From a virus, in UHGV virus genome UHGV-0385690: a stretch of DNA of 41,916 nt; one strand, given 5' to 3'. Both the position numbers and the translations under genes were made by a program. This document shows, in pieces, positions 1-8,066 of the stretch (within the stretch, counting starts at the first letter, position 1; each line of letters opens with the position of its first letter). The notes under the pieces were generated by a model. The model was not told where the DNA came from. It ran no database searches and saw nothing but the letters and a program-made list of their open reading frames with translations.

Positions 1-127
1 TAGCGGTCACCTGGGTGATTTCATTGTCTCCCGCCCCTGCCGCCACCATAATCGGGCTTACAAAACCAACTACAGCCGCCCAAAATTTCCTGCTTGTCAG
101 TTTTCTTGTCCAGTCTATGCGCTTCAT
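1..127 (-). CDS. holin, N-terminal portion (ORF runs off the window start)
   Basis: Reverse complement of 1..127 reads MKRIDWTRKLTSRKFWAAVVGFVSPIMVAAGAGDNEITQVTA from the ATG at 127..125. The D-W-x-R-K-L-T-S-x-K-F-W N-terminus followed by a hydrophobic TM segment is typical of small Firmicutes phage holins. No stop codon occurs before position 1. Confidence 0.6.
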   Translation of the reverse strand, partial: MKRIDWTRKLTSRKFWAAVVGFVSPIMVAAGAGDNEITQVTA

Positions 128-129
128 CG

Positions 130-375
130 TCATTCCTCTCTTTCTTTTTCTAAGTCTCCAATTCTATGATTGGCCACCTTGATTTGTTCCTGCATGACAG
201 CCTGCGCTTCTTCGAGTTTGTAAGTCCGTTCAATGACTGTGTTATGCTTTTCTACCTTTTTTTCCAGTTCGCTTAAACGATATGCCGTTAATTTGGCTGA
301 CACCATGATTCCGGTAAACGTGCCCGCCGCACTTCCCAGCAGTCCAATTAATGCAACTATGACTTCCGTTGGCAC
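130..375 (-). CDS. small membrane protein: N-terminal TM, C-terminal coiled-coil (XhlA-like holin-associated protein?)
   Basis: 81-aa ORF with a hydrophobic N-terminus IVALIGLLGSAAGTFTGIMV followed by a heptad-rich charged region. It sits directly upstream of the holin in the lysis cassette. Confidence 0.5.
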   Translation of the reverse strand: MPTEVIVALIGLLGSAAGTFTGIMVSAKLTAYRLSELEKKVEKHNTVIERTYKLEEAQAVMQEQIKVANHRIGDLEKEREE

Positions 376-384
376 AAGATTCCT

Positions 385-501
385 CCATCAATCCGCCGGA
401 TTCTGTTCCAGCCATTTTTCAGTCATTGTTTTCCAAAGCCTGGGAACTTTCTCCAGTGTCATTTCATTATTCCTGATTTTCAGACCATAGTAACGTCCCA
501 T
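385..501 (-). CDS. 38-aa basic small ORF, translationally coupled (TAATG) to the upstream gene
   Basis: Minus-strand ATG at 501..499 overlaps the TAA stop of the 136-aa ORF by one nucleotide. The product is MGRYYGLKIRNNEMTLEKVPRLWKTMTEKWLEQNPAD. It is too short for the ORF track. Confidence 0.3.
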
Positions 502-911
502 TATACTGCCCCTCCTTCTGTAGTCTCCGCTACAGCACTTATGACGGCTCCCATATCTCCAATCGCGCCATCATGTACACTTAAAGTTTCACTCATGGCT
601 GCTACCTGCTCCTTTAACAGTTCCAATTCCGTTTTACCACGGATTCCAAATGTTGCCTGAATTTTTCCAGTTTCGGTCCTATCAGCCGCCCGGAAAGCCG
701 GGCTACATAGGAGCATATTGTTGTAGTTTCCTACCACAGCTCCCTCGGAATCTTTGATTGCCACTGTTGACAGATTATCGGGTGTGAGCTTGTCCCATAA
801 TGTTCCAAGTTCTGACAGATTGTCAACAATAATCTGTATGTTATGAATGCCGTCATCATTGACAATGGTTATTTCTGTGGCATCTTTTAAAACTAATACA
901 TTTCTATTCAT
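501..911 (-). CDS. hypothetical phage protein (136 aa), between the fiber/accessory genes and the lysis genes
   Basis: Long ORF in the same orientation as the operon, with no recognisable motifs. Upstream it carries a TTGCTATTTgCTAAT motif shared with the two accessory genes. Confidence 0.5.
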   Translation of the reverse strand: MNRNVLVLKDATEITIVNDDGIHNIQIIVDNLSELGTLWDKLTPDNLSTVAIKDSEGAVVGNYNNMLLCSPAFRAADRTETGKIQATFGIRGKTELELLKEQVAAMSETLSVHDGAIGDMGAVISAVAETTEGGAV

Positions 912-963
912 GAGGCTTTCCCCCTTTCTTATTATTTTTTAAAATTAGCAAATAGCAAGAATA
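912..963 (-). promoter_or_regulatory. upstream cassette copy C (TTGCTATTTgCTAAT motif) before the 136-aa gene
   Basis: mRNA-sense sequence cttgctatttgctaatttt shares its core with the cassettes at 1459..1520 and 1843..1905. Confidence 0.3.
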
Positions 964-1458
964 TTACTCAGCAAACACCCAATCCTCAGCCAGCATATCA
1001 GCCTGGCTTGCCAGCCATCCCATCTGTACGCCGCTCGTGCCAACAAACGCAATGGCTTTGTTTCCAATGGCATCATGCAAGCAGTTTACAATCTCGCCAT
1101 CTGCATTTTTATAGCTGATATCAGCTGCCAGTTCGATATGCTGATTTTTCCCGTTCCATCCCTGTCTTTTAACTTTTAATCCGCGTTTCATGTATTTAAC
1201 AGCATCGCCGAAACCAAAGGCGGCAGTTCCGCCCAAGATGGGTGTATTTTCCCCATTGGCGACTTCCCATTCATCCGACATCACATTCCTCAGTGTATAT
1301 TCCACCCTTTGTGTTTCGCGTATATCAAGCCGCTGATTATCCTTTGTGTACATGACGATGGTTTCCTCATTCGTGTCCCAACACCAAAATCCGCCCCAGG
1401 ACGGAAGCTTCATTGGAATTCCCTTTTTCATATTATTTAAGGCTTCTAAAAATTTCAT
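964..1458 (-). CDS. tandem DUF2829-domain protein (Tad2-like candidate anti-Thoeris sponge)
   Basis: 164 aa with two copies of the DUF2829 signature. Copy 1 is FLEALNNMKKGIPMKLPSWGG and copy 2 is FGDAVKYMKRGLKVKRQGWNGKNQHIEL. The gene is small and accessory, and has its own upstream cassette. Confidence 0.6.
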   Translation of the reverse strand: MKFLEALNNMKKGIPMKLPSWGGFWCWDTNEETIVMYTKDNQRLDIRETQRVEYTLRNVMSDEWEVANGENTPILGGTAAFGFGDAVKYMKRGLKVKRQGWNGKNQHIELAADISYKNADGEIVNCLHDAIGNKAIAFVGTSGVQMGWLASQADMLAEDWVFAE

Positions 1459-1520
1459 AAAATCCTCTCTTTCTGCTGTTTCAAGGACAGCTCCTTATTA
1501 GCGAAAATAGCAATCAGCCT
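1459..1520 (-). promoter_or_regulatory. upstream cassette copy A (conserved about 50 nt: TTGCTATTTT-n3-TAAT, AAGGAGCTG, small hairpin GCTGT-n7-ACAGC, GAGAGG RBS)
   Basis: About 90 percent identical to 1843..1905. Both lie immediately 5' of consecutive accessory genes. Confidence 0.4.
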
Positions 1521-1842
1521 AATCCTCGTAGATAATATCAAGTCCATATGCCTTAGCTGCCTCATGTTCAATCCGGCATCCTCTTGCATTTTCCCATCCT
1601 TTGCAGAAATAGGCCGCATGACAAAGGCTCATATTTTCAAGCGATTTCGCCAAGAAGCATAGGGGAATCTGTACAACTCCTCTTTCGGCCATTTTTTCTT
1701 TGCTGTACCACTCGTCCGTAAAAAGAGTGTTCACAATTTCATATCCTTTATTTTCTAATGTCTTAATGGCCTTTTCTCTCGTTTCTTTGATTTCATCATC
1801 TGTTTTTCCAGCCATCGGCTGGCTAAGCATGGCTCTCTTCAT
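1519..1842 (-). CDS. DUF4406-family protein (nucleoside 2-deoxyribosyltransferase-like fold)
   Basis: 107 aa with PMAGKTDDEI near the N-terminus and CHAAYFCKGWENARGCRIEHEAAKAYGLDII near the C-terminus. This matches the DUF4406 pattern GPMtG...lpGWe.SrGaraEi.lA...g..v. Confidence 0.55.
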   Translation of the reverse strand: MKRAMLSQPMAGKTDDEIKETREKAIKTLENKGYEIVNTLFTDEWYSKEKMAERGVVQIPLCFLAKSLENMSLCHAAYFCKGWENARGCRIEHEAAKAYGLDIIYED

Positions 1843-1905
1843 AATTTTACCTCTCTTTCTGCTGTTTCAAGGGCAGCTCCTTTATTATTCAAAATAGCAA
1901 TTTAG
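1843..1905 (-). promoter_or_regulatory. upstream cassette copy B
   Basis: ctctctttctgctgtttcaagg(g)cagctcctt...aaaatagcaat is shared with copy A. Confidence 0.4.
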
Positions 1906-3533
1906 CGATAATAAACGACAAAGCTGAAATTTGATTTATTATCTGCTGCGTTTATAAAAACAGAATTTATCGCAATTGTACTGGTGATGGCTATAACTAT
2001 TTTTACATCCCAACCAGATGCGTCACGACCACAACCAGTCATCCAATTACCAGTGTTTTTGCCAATCTCTGCTTTTAATATATTGACACCACATGTATAT
2101 GCGTAATCCGAAGTACGGTAAATCTTAATCATCAACTCATTATATTTTTCGGGTAACGGGCAAGTATCTGTGGCCTTGTATGTACCATTTAATTTCCATT
2201 CTAAATTGCTATTTGCAGTAACAATATCGTCCGTATTCTTCTTTACTTTGGCCGCCAGTGAGCCGGCAACATTTGGATTCATCTGCCGCGCATCCGCCAC
2301 AAATCCCTCTTCCGTAACCAGGCCCGTATTATTGATACTAGACGTTGCAATGTATCCGCTTAATATCTCAGCCAACCTGGAATTGCTCACCAATTCCAGC
2401 GCAACCTTTTGCGCCAACGCATCAAGCAACGCCTGCACATTGCTTGTTCCATCCGCTTCTCCTAATAATCCTTGTTCATCTACGGCCGAAACCGAGGATG
2501 CCTTGCCATTAAAACCACCCAGCCCCTGTGCAATCTGCTTTGCTTCCTCAGCGCTTCTCTCTGCCTCAGTTGCTTTATTCGTTGCTGTTGCGGCCGCCTG
2601 GCTGGCCGTATTCGCACTTTGATTGGCGGCTGTAGCGCTTCTTTCTGCCTCTGTTGCTCTGGTTGTTGCCGTATTAGCCGCCTGGCTGGCTGTATTCGCA
2701 CTTTGGTTGGCGGCCGTGGAGCTTGCCCCTGCTGCTTCTGCTTTAGCAGTCGCTGTGGCGGCCGCCTGGCTGGCTGTGTTCTCGCTCCGGCTGGCGGCTG
2801 TAGCGCTTCTTTCTGCCTCTGTCGCTCTAGTTGCTGCCGTATTGGCCGCCTGGCTGGCTGTATTCGCGCTTTGGTTGGCGGCTGTGGAGCTAGCCTCTGC
2901 TGCTTCTGCCTTAGCAGTCGCCGTGCTGGCCGCCTGTGTTGCTTCCTCCGCCTTTTCCGTCGCCTTTTCCAATGTTGTATTGGCTTTCGCTATGGCTGTC
3001 TCTGCCTGCCGCTGCCATTCAGCCTCATTGTTTACCCTTTGTTCTTCATTGGCTTTGCGCTGTTCCTCTGCTTCCTGTCTTTTACTCTCGTTAGCATCCA
3101 GTGTTTCTGCCTTTTGAGTAATTCGTTCCTCCAGCTGTTCAAATTCGGCAAGGTGGCCTTTGTATGCTTCCCCATCAAATATCGTGTGTCCTACGTACAC
3201 GGCCCCTGGATTCGTAGCCCATTTGATGGTTCCATTTTCATCATATGCGCGAACAGCTATCCAGACTGTACCTTTATGAGACACACATGCGGCCGGGATG
3301 CTCCAGGTCAGCAGGATATACGCTTCTTGCGTTTCTGCGTCGAGCAGGCAGGTATCCAGTATGGCATCCTCATATTCCAAATCAAGCTTGAAGCGCAGGT
3401 TAGCCAGGTCCACACCGCCCGCCGTGATGCGGTTCAGCCTGATATGGCGCACCTCCGAGTTATTATCGTACGTCGTCCCTATCTGGCTATCCTTTTCAGG
3501 AATAACAAGTTTTCTACCTACTACCGTAATCAC
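1902..3533 (-). CDS. fiber-like structural protein: N-terminal globular domain, long Ala/Thr/Ser/Asn/Glu-rich repetitive coiled-coil stalk, C-terminal globular (receptor-binding-like) domain
   Basis: 543-aa ORF with 28-aa repeats such as NQSANTASQAANTAATRATEAERSATAA, encoded by 84-bp tandem DNA repeats. It lies between the head genes and the lysis genes. Confidence 0.55.
   Translation of the reverse strand: MITVVGRKLVIPEKDSQIGTTYDNNSEVRHIRLNRITAGGVDLANLRFKLDLEYEDAILDTCLLDAETQEAYILLTWSIPAACVSHKGTVWIAVRAYDENGTIKWATNPGAVYVGHTIFDGEAYKGHLAEFEQLEERITQKAETLDANESKRQEAEEQRKANEEQRVNNEAEWQRQAETAIAKANTTLEKATEKAEEATQAASTATAKAEAAEASSTAANQSANTASQAANTAATRATEAERSATAASRSENTASQAAATATAKAEAAGASSTAANQSANTASQAANTATTRATEAERSATAANQSANTASQAAATATNKATEAERSAEEAKQIAQGLGGFNGKASSVSAVDEQGLLGEADGTSNVQALLDALAQKVALELVSNSRLAEILSGYIATSSINNTGLVTEEGFVADARQMNPNVAGSLAAKVKKNTDDIVTANSNLEWKLNGTYKATDTCPLPEKYNELMIKIYRTSDYAYTCGVNILKAEIGKNTGNWMTGCGRDASGWDVKIVIAITSTIAINSVFINAADNKSNFSFVVYYR
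2593..2930 (-). repeat. tandem 84-bp repeats (at least 4 copies, phase-preserving, 28 aa each) inside the fiber gene
   Basis: gccgcctggctggc recurs at 2593, 2677, 2761 and 2845, with flanking conserved sequence. Confidence 0.8.
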
Positions 3534-3549
3534 CCCGTCTGCTCCTTCC

Positions 3550-3786
3550 TTATCCCTGAATCAGTTCAACCTGCTTTGCCTTTTCCATAACTTCCTCGGT
3601 TACTCTTGTCTGGTCATTTGAATTCATGATTACCTCATAGACAGACCTGGGAATTTCTACTTCCTTTCCGCGTTCTATCAGGTATGATTTTCCATTCACC
3701 CCAACAAACAGCGGGGCCTTATAGCGGTCTCCATCCCAGAACAAGGTGAACTTTACCATTTCTTCCTTCTTTGTTGCTGCCATCAT
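3550..3786 (-). CDS. small protein after the major capsid gene (head completion or decoration?)
   Basis: Start ATGATG at 3786, preceded by a GGAGGT RBS directly after the major capsid stop. Product MMAATKKEEMVKFTLFWDGDRYKAPLFVG... Confidence 0.45.
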   Translation of the reverse strand: MMAATKKEEMVKFTLFWDGDRYKAPLFVGVNGKSYLIERGKEVEIPRSVYEVIMNSNDQTRVTEEVMEKAKQVELIQG

Positions 3787-3796
3787 TTTACCTCCG

Positions 3797-4801
3797 TTAA
3801 TTTGCTTTATGGTCGTTGTATGTAGATGCTGTCTCAATACGTACCATGTACTGCTGGGATAAGATTTCCGTTACCTTCATGGCCTTCCATCCAACCGTAG
3901 AACGCTGGTTCAATGGATCGGCTGTACCTCCACTTCCCAGTGCCTTTACAATCGTTTCCAGCCCTCCTCCTTCAATTTTGGTGGTTGCATATGCGTTTTC
4001 ACCCATCAGCAACGTGGAATACACATCAATCCCGTTTGCGCCGGCATTGGCAAATTTTTTCGCCTCAGTCGTTTCGATAAAACGTACACCTTCCAGCGTT
4101 CCAATTTCGCCCTCGAAAATCCGTTCCGGATTCTTGTACTTAATCGCCTCGATGAATCTTGGATCATCCGTGATATCATAGGCGCAATCCGGGTGGATAA
4201 TAGCTACATAGTGTCCATTGATTTTGGCTGTATTCTGGACCTTTAAAGCCCTCACCGCCATCTTAATTGCTTTTACCGTCAGCTTCATTTCTGCTGTCAG
4301 TTCGGAGCGGGAGGAAACCTGCCCCTCTGCGTACTGCACGTTAGTACCGGCATTTAACGCCTCTCTCGATATAGTGTCCAGGGTGCTTCCTGCCTGGTTC
4401 CCTATGGCGGTTGTGGCTTCTACAACCACGTTGTCGATTGCCGTCATGCTAATCTGGTCAGATAATGATACAAAGCCGCCGTACTGCTTTACCTCTGCCT
4501 CCTGCTTTGTTACAGTCATGGTCTGGCCTTCCGGCGTTACGCCCTCCGTTAAAGGCGTAAGCGCCTTTGGAAGCTGCTCAAAGCGTCTAAATTCAATCCG
4601 CTTTCCTCCGTTCTTAGGAATGTTTCTTGTCTGTCCAAACTGATCGTGTACCAGATGCGGTTTTGTATATCTCAGCAGATTTTTGTCGTAGAATGTTTTC
4701 ATTTCTGCCGACAGGCTTCCTGTTTCGGTCGTATTGGCTGGTACAGATGTATCAAACATCCTGAGATTTAACTTCAATGTTGCATTCATAGCTGTGTTCA
4801 T
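3797..4801 (-). CDS. major capsid protein
   Basis: 334 aa, follows the scaffold gene, AAAGGAGAA RBS. N-terminus MNTAMNATLKLNLRMF-DTS carries an L27-like Prp cleavage motif. Composition and length fit an HK97-fold capsid protein. Confidence 0.65.
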   Translation of the reverse strand: MNTAMNATLKLNLRMFDTSVPANTTETGSLSAEMKTFYDKNLLRYTKPHLVHDQFGQTRNIPKNGGKRIEFRRFEQLPKALTPLTEGVTPEGQTMTVTKQEAEVKQYGGFVSLSDQISMTAIDNVVVEATTAIGNQAGSTLDTISREALNAGTNVQYAEGQVSSRSELTAEMKLTVKAIKMAVRALKVQNTAKINGHYVAIIHPDCAYDITDDPRFIEAIKYKNPERIFEGEIGTLEGVRFIETTEAKKFANAGANGIDVYSTLLMGENAYATTKIEGGGLETIVKALGSGGTADPLNQRSTVGWKAMKVTEILSQQYMVRIETASTYNDHKAN

Positions 4802-4826
4802 AATTTCTCCTTTCTTTCCCTATCCG

Positions 4827-5702
4827 CTATCTAAGTGTGATTTGTTCTCCGTTTCGGACCCGTTCAATGATTGCGTCCATCTGTTCGTCCGTTAGGCTTG
4901 CAACGTCTACGTCTGTCTTTGTGGCGGCTCCTTTACTTGCTCCGTTTTCATTTGGTCTTGCGGCGCCGGAACGAATGGTGTCAGCCACTTTTTTCTGCGT
5001 TTCCGTCTCTGTTTTTGCCATAAGGCCCTGGCTGAGTTCAGCAAAGTGCACAGCGCGATAGGCCGCCTCCATGCTTACTCCGCTTTCAAGCATTCGTGCA
5101 AAATCTGGGTTTTGGCATTCTAATACCATGTCGAACTGTGGGAACAGCTGTTTACACCTCTCCGCCTCCATGTTCCAACGGCTGTATATCTGTTCTCTCT
5201 GCCTGGCCTCATTCCATTCTCTCTGCTGTGCAAGCAGCTGCTGATTCTGCATCTGAAGGTTCATCATGGTCCGATACTGGTCAACCGGCATTCCCGCCTG
5301 CGTAGCCGCCGCTTCATAAAAGCTGTCATCCTTCTCAATGGCTGCCACTACATCCTCTATCTTTCCTGAGTTTACCCCGTACCGGATATTCAGCAGGTTC
5401 ATGAGCGGTTCATACGCTTTTAGCTGATTCTGCATTTTCTGGTTTTCTGCATTTCTGCGGTTTAACGCTTTCTCAATGTCCTTGGTAATCAGGTCATTGT
5501 AATCCGCACGGATGCGCTCATAGGCTTCCTCGCGGTTCTCCGGCTCGTTTGCGGAAGATTCCTGTGAAGCCTGTCTTTCGGCTGGTTCCTGTCCGGTTCC
5601 CGGCTCCTGTGGCTCTGCTGCCGCTTCGGCTCCTTCTCCAGTTTCACCCGCTGCGGCCCCTTCTCCTTCAAACATCCTCAGGTTTAATTTGAGTTTGTTC
5701 AT
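4827..5702 (-). CDS. scaffolding protein
   Basis: Start MNKLKLNLRMFEGEG at 5702 with an AAAGGAGA RBS. The product is Glu/Gln/Ala-rich and helical, and sits between the Prp protease and the major capsid gene. Confidence 0.6.
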   Translation of the reverse strand: MNKLKLNLRMFEGEGAAAGETGEGAEAAAEPQEPGTGQEPAERQASQESSANEPENREEAYERIRADYNDLITKDIEKALNRRNAENQKMQNQLKAYEPLMNLLNIRYGVNSGKIEDVVAAIEKDDSFYEAAATQAGMPVDQYRTMMNLQMQNQQLLAQQREWNEARQREQIYSRWNMEAERCKQLFPQFDMVLECQNPDFARMLESGVSMEAAYRAVHFAELSQGLMAKTETETQKKVADTIRSGAARPNENGASKGAATKTDVDVASLTDEQMDAIIERVRNGEQITLR

Positions 5703-5763
5703 GTATTTTTCTCCTTTCCCATCTATTACAGGCGGCATCTTCCTGCCTCCTGCAATAACCATA

Positions 5764-6123
5764 TCACATTTCATTTTTTGTTTCCAACACCCCTAATTTT
5801 ATGTAGTCTGGGTATTCATTTTCAAGCATGCTGTAACCTACCCTGATGGTTTCCAGCGTGGCTTCCACCTCTTCTATGTGGCTCTGCTTCACAACTGCAT
5901 GCGCATCTATATTTCCAGCCTCATACCGGTTCAAGCTAAGCAGTATTTTCTTTTCCTCTGCCAATGTCAGTAGGCGCTGTACTAATGTTTGTCCCAGAAT
6001 GGATATAGCCGCACATACAATGTCATGACCTTCTGGCAGGTTATTCCTTGCAGCATATCCGGCATGGCCTTTCACAGTTATCTTCACATAGCTCTTATCA
6101 AATAACATATTGACCTTCGTCAT
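5764..6123 (-). CDS. prp: Prp-family cysteine protease (ribosomal-processing-protease-like head maturation protease)
   Basis: 119 aa. ITVKGHAGYAARNNLPEGHDIVCAAISILGQ contains the conserved His and Cys dyad (GHAG...G.DiVCAAvS) of Prp/YsxB. Confidence 0.65.
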   Translation of the reverse strand: MTKVNMLFDKSYVKITVKGHAGYAARNNLPEGHDIVCAAISILGQTLVQRLLTLAEEKKILLSLNRYEAGNIDAHAVVKQSHIEEVEATLETIRVGYSMLENEYPDYIKLGVLETKNEM

Positions 6124-8057
6124 AATTTAACCTCCGTTGATGTGGCTGCCCTCTGCCTGGCCTTTCCTGCTGCGCTGCTGTCTCCCCCGATGGCCTGTCC
6201 TATGCTATTTGTTATTACTGGTTCTCCATTGGCATTTCCTGGCTTTACTTCTCCCTGTGGCAGTCCAGCTCCATCCATAACGGCAAGGATTTTTTGATTT
6301 CCGGTCATTTCATAGATTAAATTCGCCATCTGAGCCATCGTTGCCTGCATCTGCTGCATCTGCTGGTACATAGTTCCGTTTTCTTGCACCTGCTTAATGA
6401 CTTCTTCTCGCTTGTCAAAATCCATCATCTTTATGACGGCAAGGGCCTGGTCTGCATTTTGCGGGGCAAACACGCCCATTCCATAAAGTTCTTTTGCCAG
6501 CTCATTATTTGCAATCCGGCTGTACAGGCTGGCCTTCTGGGCCGATACCTTGATATCAAAGACTGGTTTGCGCATGGACAGTTCTCCATTCATCATGGCA
6601 TCTTCCTGCGGTTTCAGTCCCTGGTTGTCCAGAGCAATGTACTCCAAACTTCCATTTGGCCGTGTAATCCTGTAACATCTCGGTATATCATAGAATTGCC
6701 GTATCAGCTCTATTACAAGCGTAACAATTTCTGAATAAGCACTATAGCTGTCCTTCAGCATATCCCTGGACAATTTACTTCCGGCCTCCTGTAGTGCGGC
6801 AATGGCGCTGGCCGCTGTCACTCCGGATGTAGTGGAACCCTGGGAGAAATCGCGATTTCCAGATGTCTCCTTCAATTCGTCAATCTTTGCCTGACGGATA
6901 CTCAACACATCATTGGACATTTCGGGCGGCTTTATCGGCTGGATATAGTTCTCACTTACATCTCCGCTACAATGCACCAGGTCCCTTGACAAGTCTGTAA
7001 ATTCCTCTTCATTCACCTGCGCAGATCCGGCAATAAAATACCTAGGCCGGCTTAAACTGGCGTGTTTTAGGATTACCTGGTCCAGCTTGTCTATGTATTC
7101 CTGCGGATTAATCATGACATCCAGATACCCAAATCCAGCTGGTGACCCCTTCTCCGGAAACATACAATCAAACACAAATGGGTATTTTCCATGGTCATAC
7201 AGTCCTGTTTCTCTATACTTCGGGTCATTCTCCGTTGCAAACAAGACATGCCCTTCTACAAATTTGCAATAATGCAGGACTGTGCGGTTTGTTCGGATTC
7301 CATTTACTTCCCCGTACACCAGGCGTTTATAGTACCAATCAAAGACGTTCACTTTCTTCGAGGTGTCCAATTTGGACACGTAGGCATATTCCGGCTTGTA
7401 AATGGCTCCTGATTGCAGTTTTCCTTTCAGCTGTGGATACTCTTCTTCCAGTGTCTCATAGTCCACCATATCAATCACAAACACATTTTTGGAATCCTGT
7501 ATATTTCTTATCCCAGGCTCCCAGAATATGTCCATCATATCTATGTGTCTGATTTCAATGTCCCCCAGGCCATTTTCTTTATCCTGGTTCCAGAATATGC
7601 CATATACCGCAGTACCCGTCTTTGGTTTATCCCAGGAACACTCCGAATAAGTCTTGTCAAATCCATTCTGCTCCATGATAACCGGCACGACATCCGACAG
7701 CATCTTAGCAATGGGTTCGTCGCTCTCCTCCCTTGGCAGGATAGCCGGGGAAGGATAATTGTCCTGAAAGTCAGCGTGTTTATTAATCACACTGTTAAAC
7801 AGCCATGCACTTGTAGGTCGCGGATCATTGGGATTGCTGGACGGGCTTGTGAACCGTTCCCAGTGATTATTTTTCCACCATTCCTCTGCATTTGTGATTC
7901 GTTTTGTCAGGTCATCCTTTGCCTCTTTATACTTTTGAAACATCTGCAAAGCATCTGCAATCGTTTTTTCATTCACTGGTTTCCAGGCTATCCCCTGTGC
8001 TTCCATGGGGGCCGCTTGCGTTTCTGGCGTCTTTTTTATTGTCGTATCGTTCTCCAT
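6120..8057 (-). CDS. portal protein
   Basis: 645-aa ORF immediately downstream of terL (4-nt overlap with the protease gene), with size and position typical of portal proteins. Confidence 0.6.
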   Translation of the reverse strand: MENDTTIKKTPETQAAPMEAQGIAWKPVNEKTIADALQMFQKYKEAKDDLTKRITNAEEWWKNNHWERFTSPSSNPNDPRPTSAWLFNSVINKHADFQDNYPSPAILPREESDEPIAKMLSDVVPVIMEQNGFDKTYSECSWDKPKTGTAVYGIFWNQDKENGLGDIEIRHIDMMDIFWEPGIRNIQDSKNVFVIDMVDYETLEEEYPQLKGKLQSGAIYKPEYAYVSKLDTSKKVNVFDWYYKRLVYGEVNGIRTNRTVLHYCKFVEGHVLFATENDPKYRETGLYDHGKYPFVFDCMFPEKGSPAGFGYLDVMINPQEYIDKLDQVILKHASLSRPRYFIAGSAQVNEEEFTDLSRDLVHCSGDVSENYIQPIKPPEMSNDVLSIRQAKIDELKETSGNRDFSQGSTTSGVTAASAIAALQEAGSKLSRDMLKDSYSAYSEIVTLVIELIRQFYDIPRCYRITRPNGSLEYIALDNQGLKPQEDAMMNGELSMRKPVFDIKVSAQKASLYSRIANNELAKELYGMGVFAPQNADQALAVIKMMDFDKREEVIKQVQENGTMYQQMQQMQATMAQMANLIYEMTGNQKILAVMDGAGLPQGEVKPGNANGEPVITNSIGQAIGGDSSAAGKARQRAATSTEVKL

Positions 8058-8066
8058 GTGTCCTCC

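Noticed and set aside
2170-3590. Long plus-strand ORFs (2170..2622, 2472..3590, 2623..3117) and a minus-strand ORF (2480..2701) over the fiber gene
   Set aside because: They are products of the GC-rich 84-bp tandem repeats, with Cys/Arg/Leu-rich low-complexity translations. They are antisense or out of frame to a well-supported gene. They do not encode real proteins.
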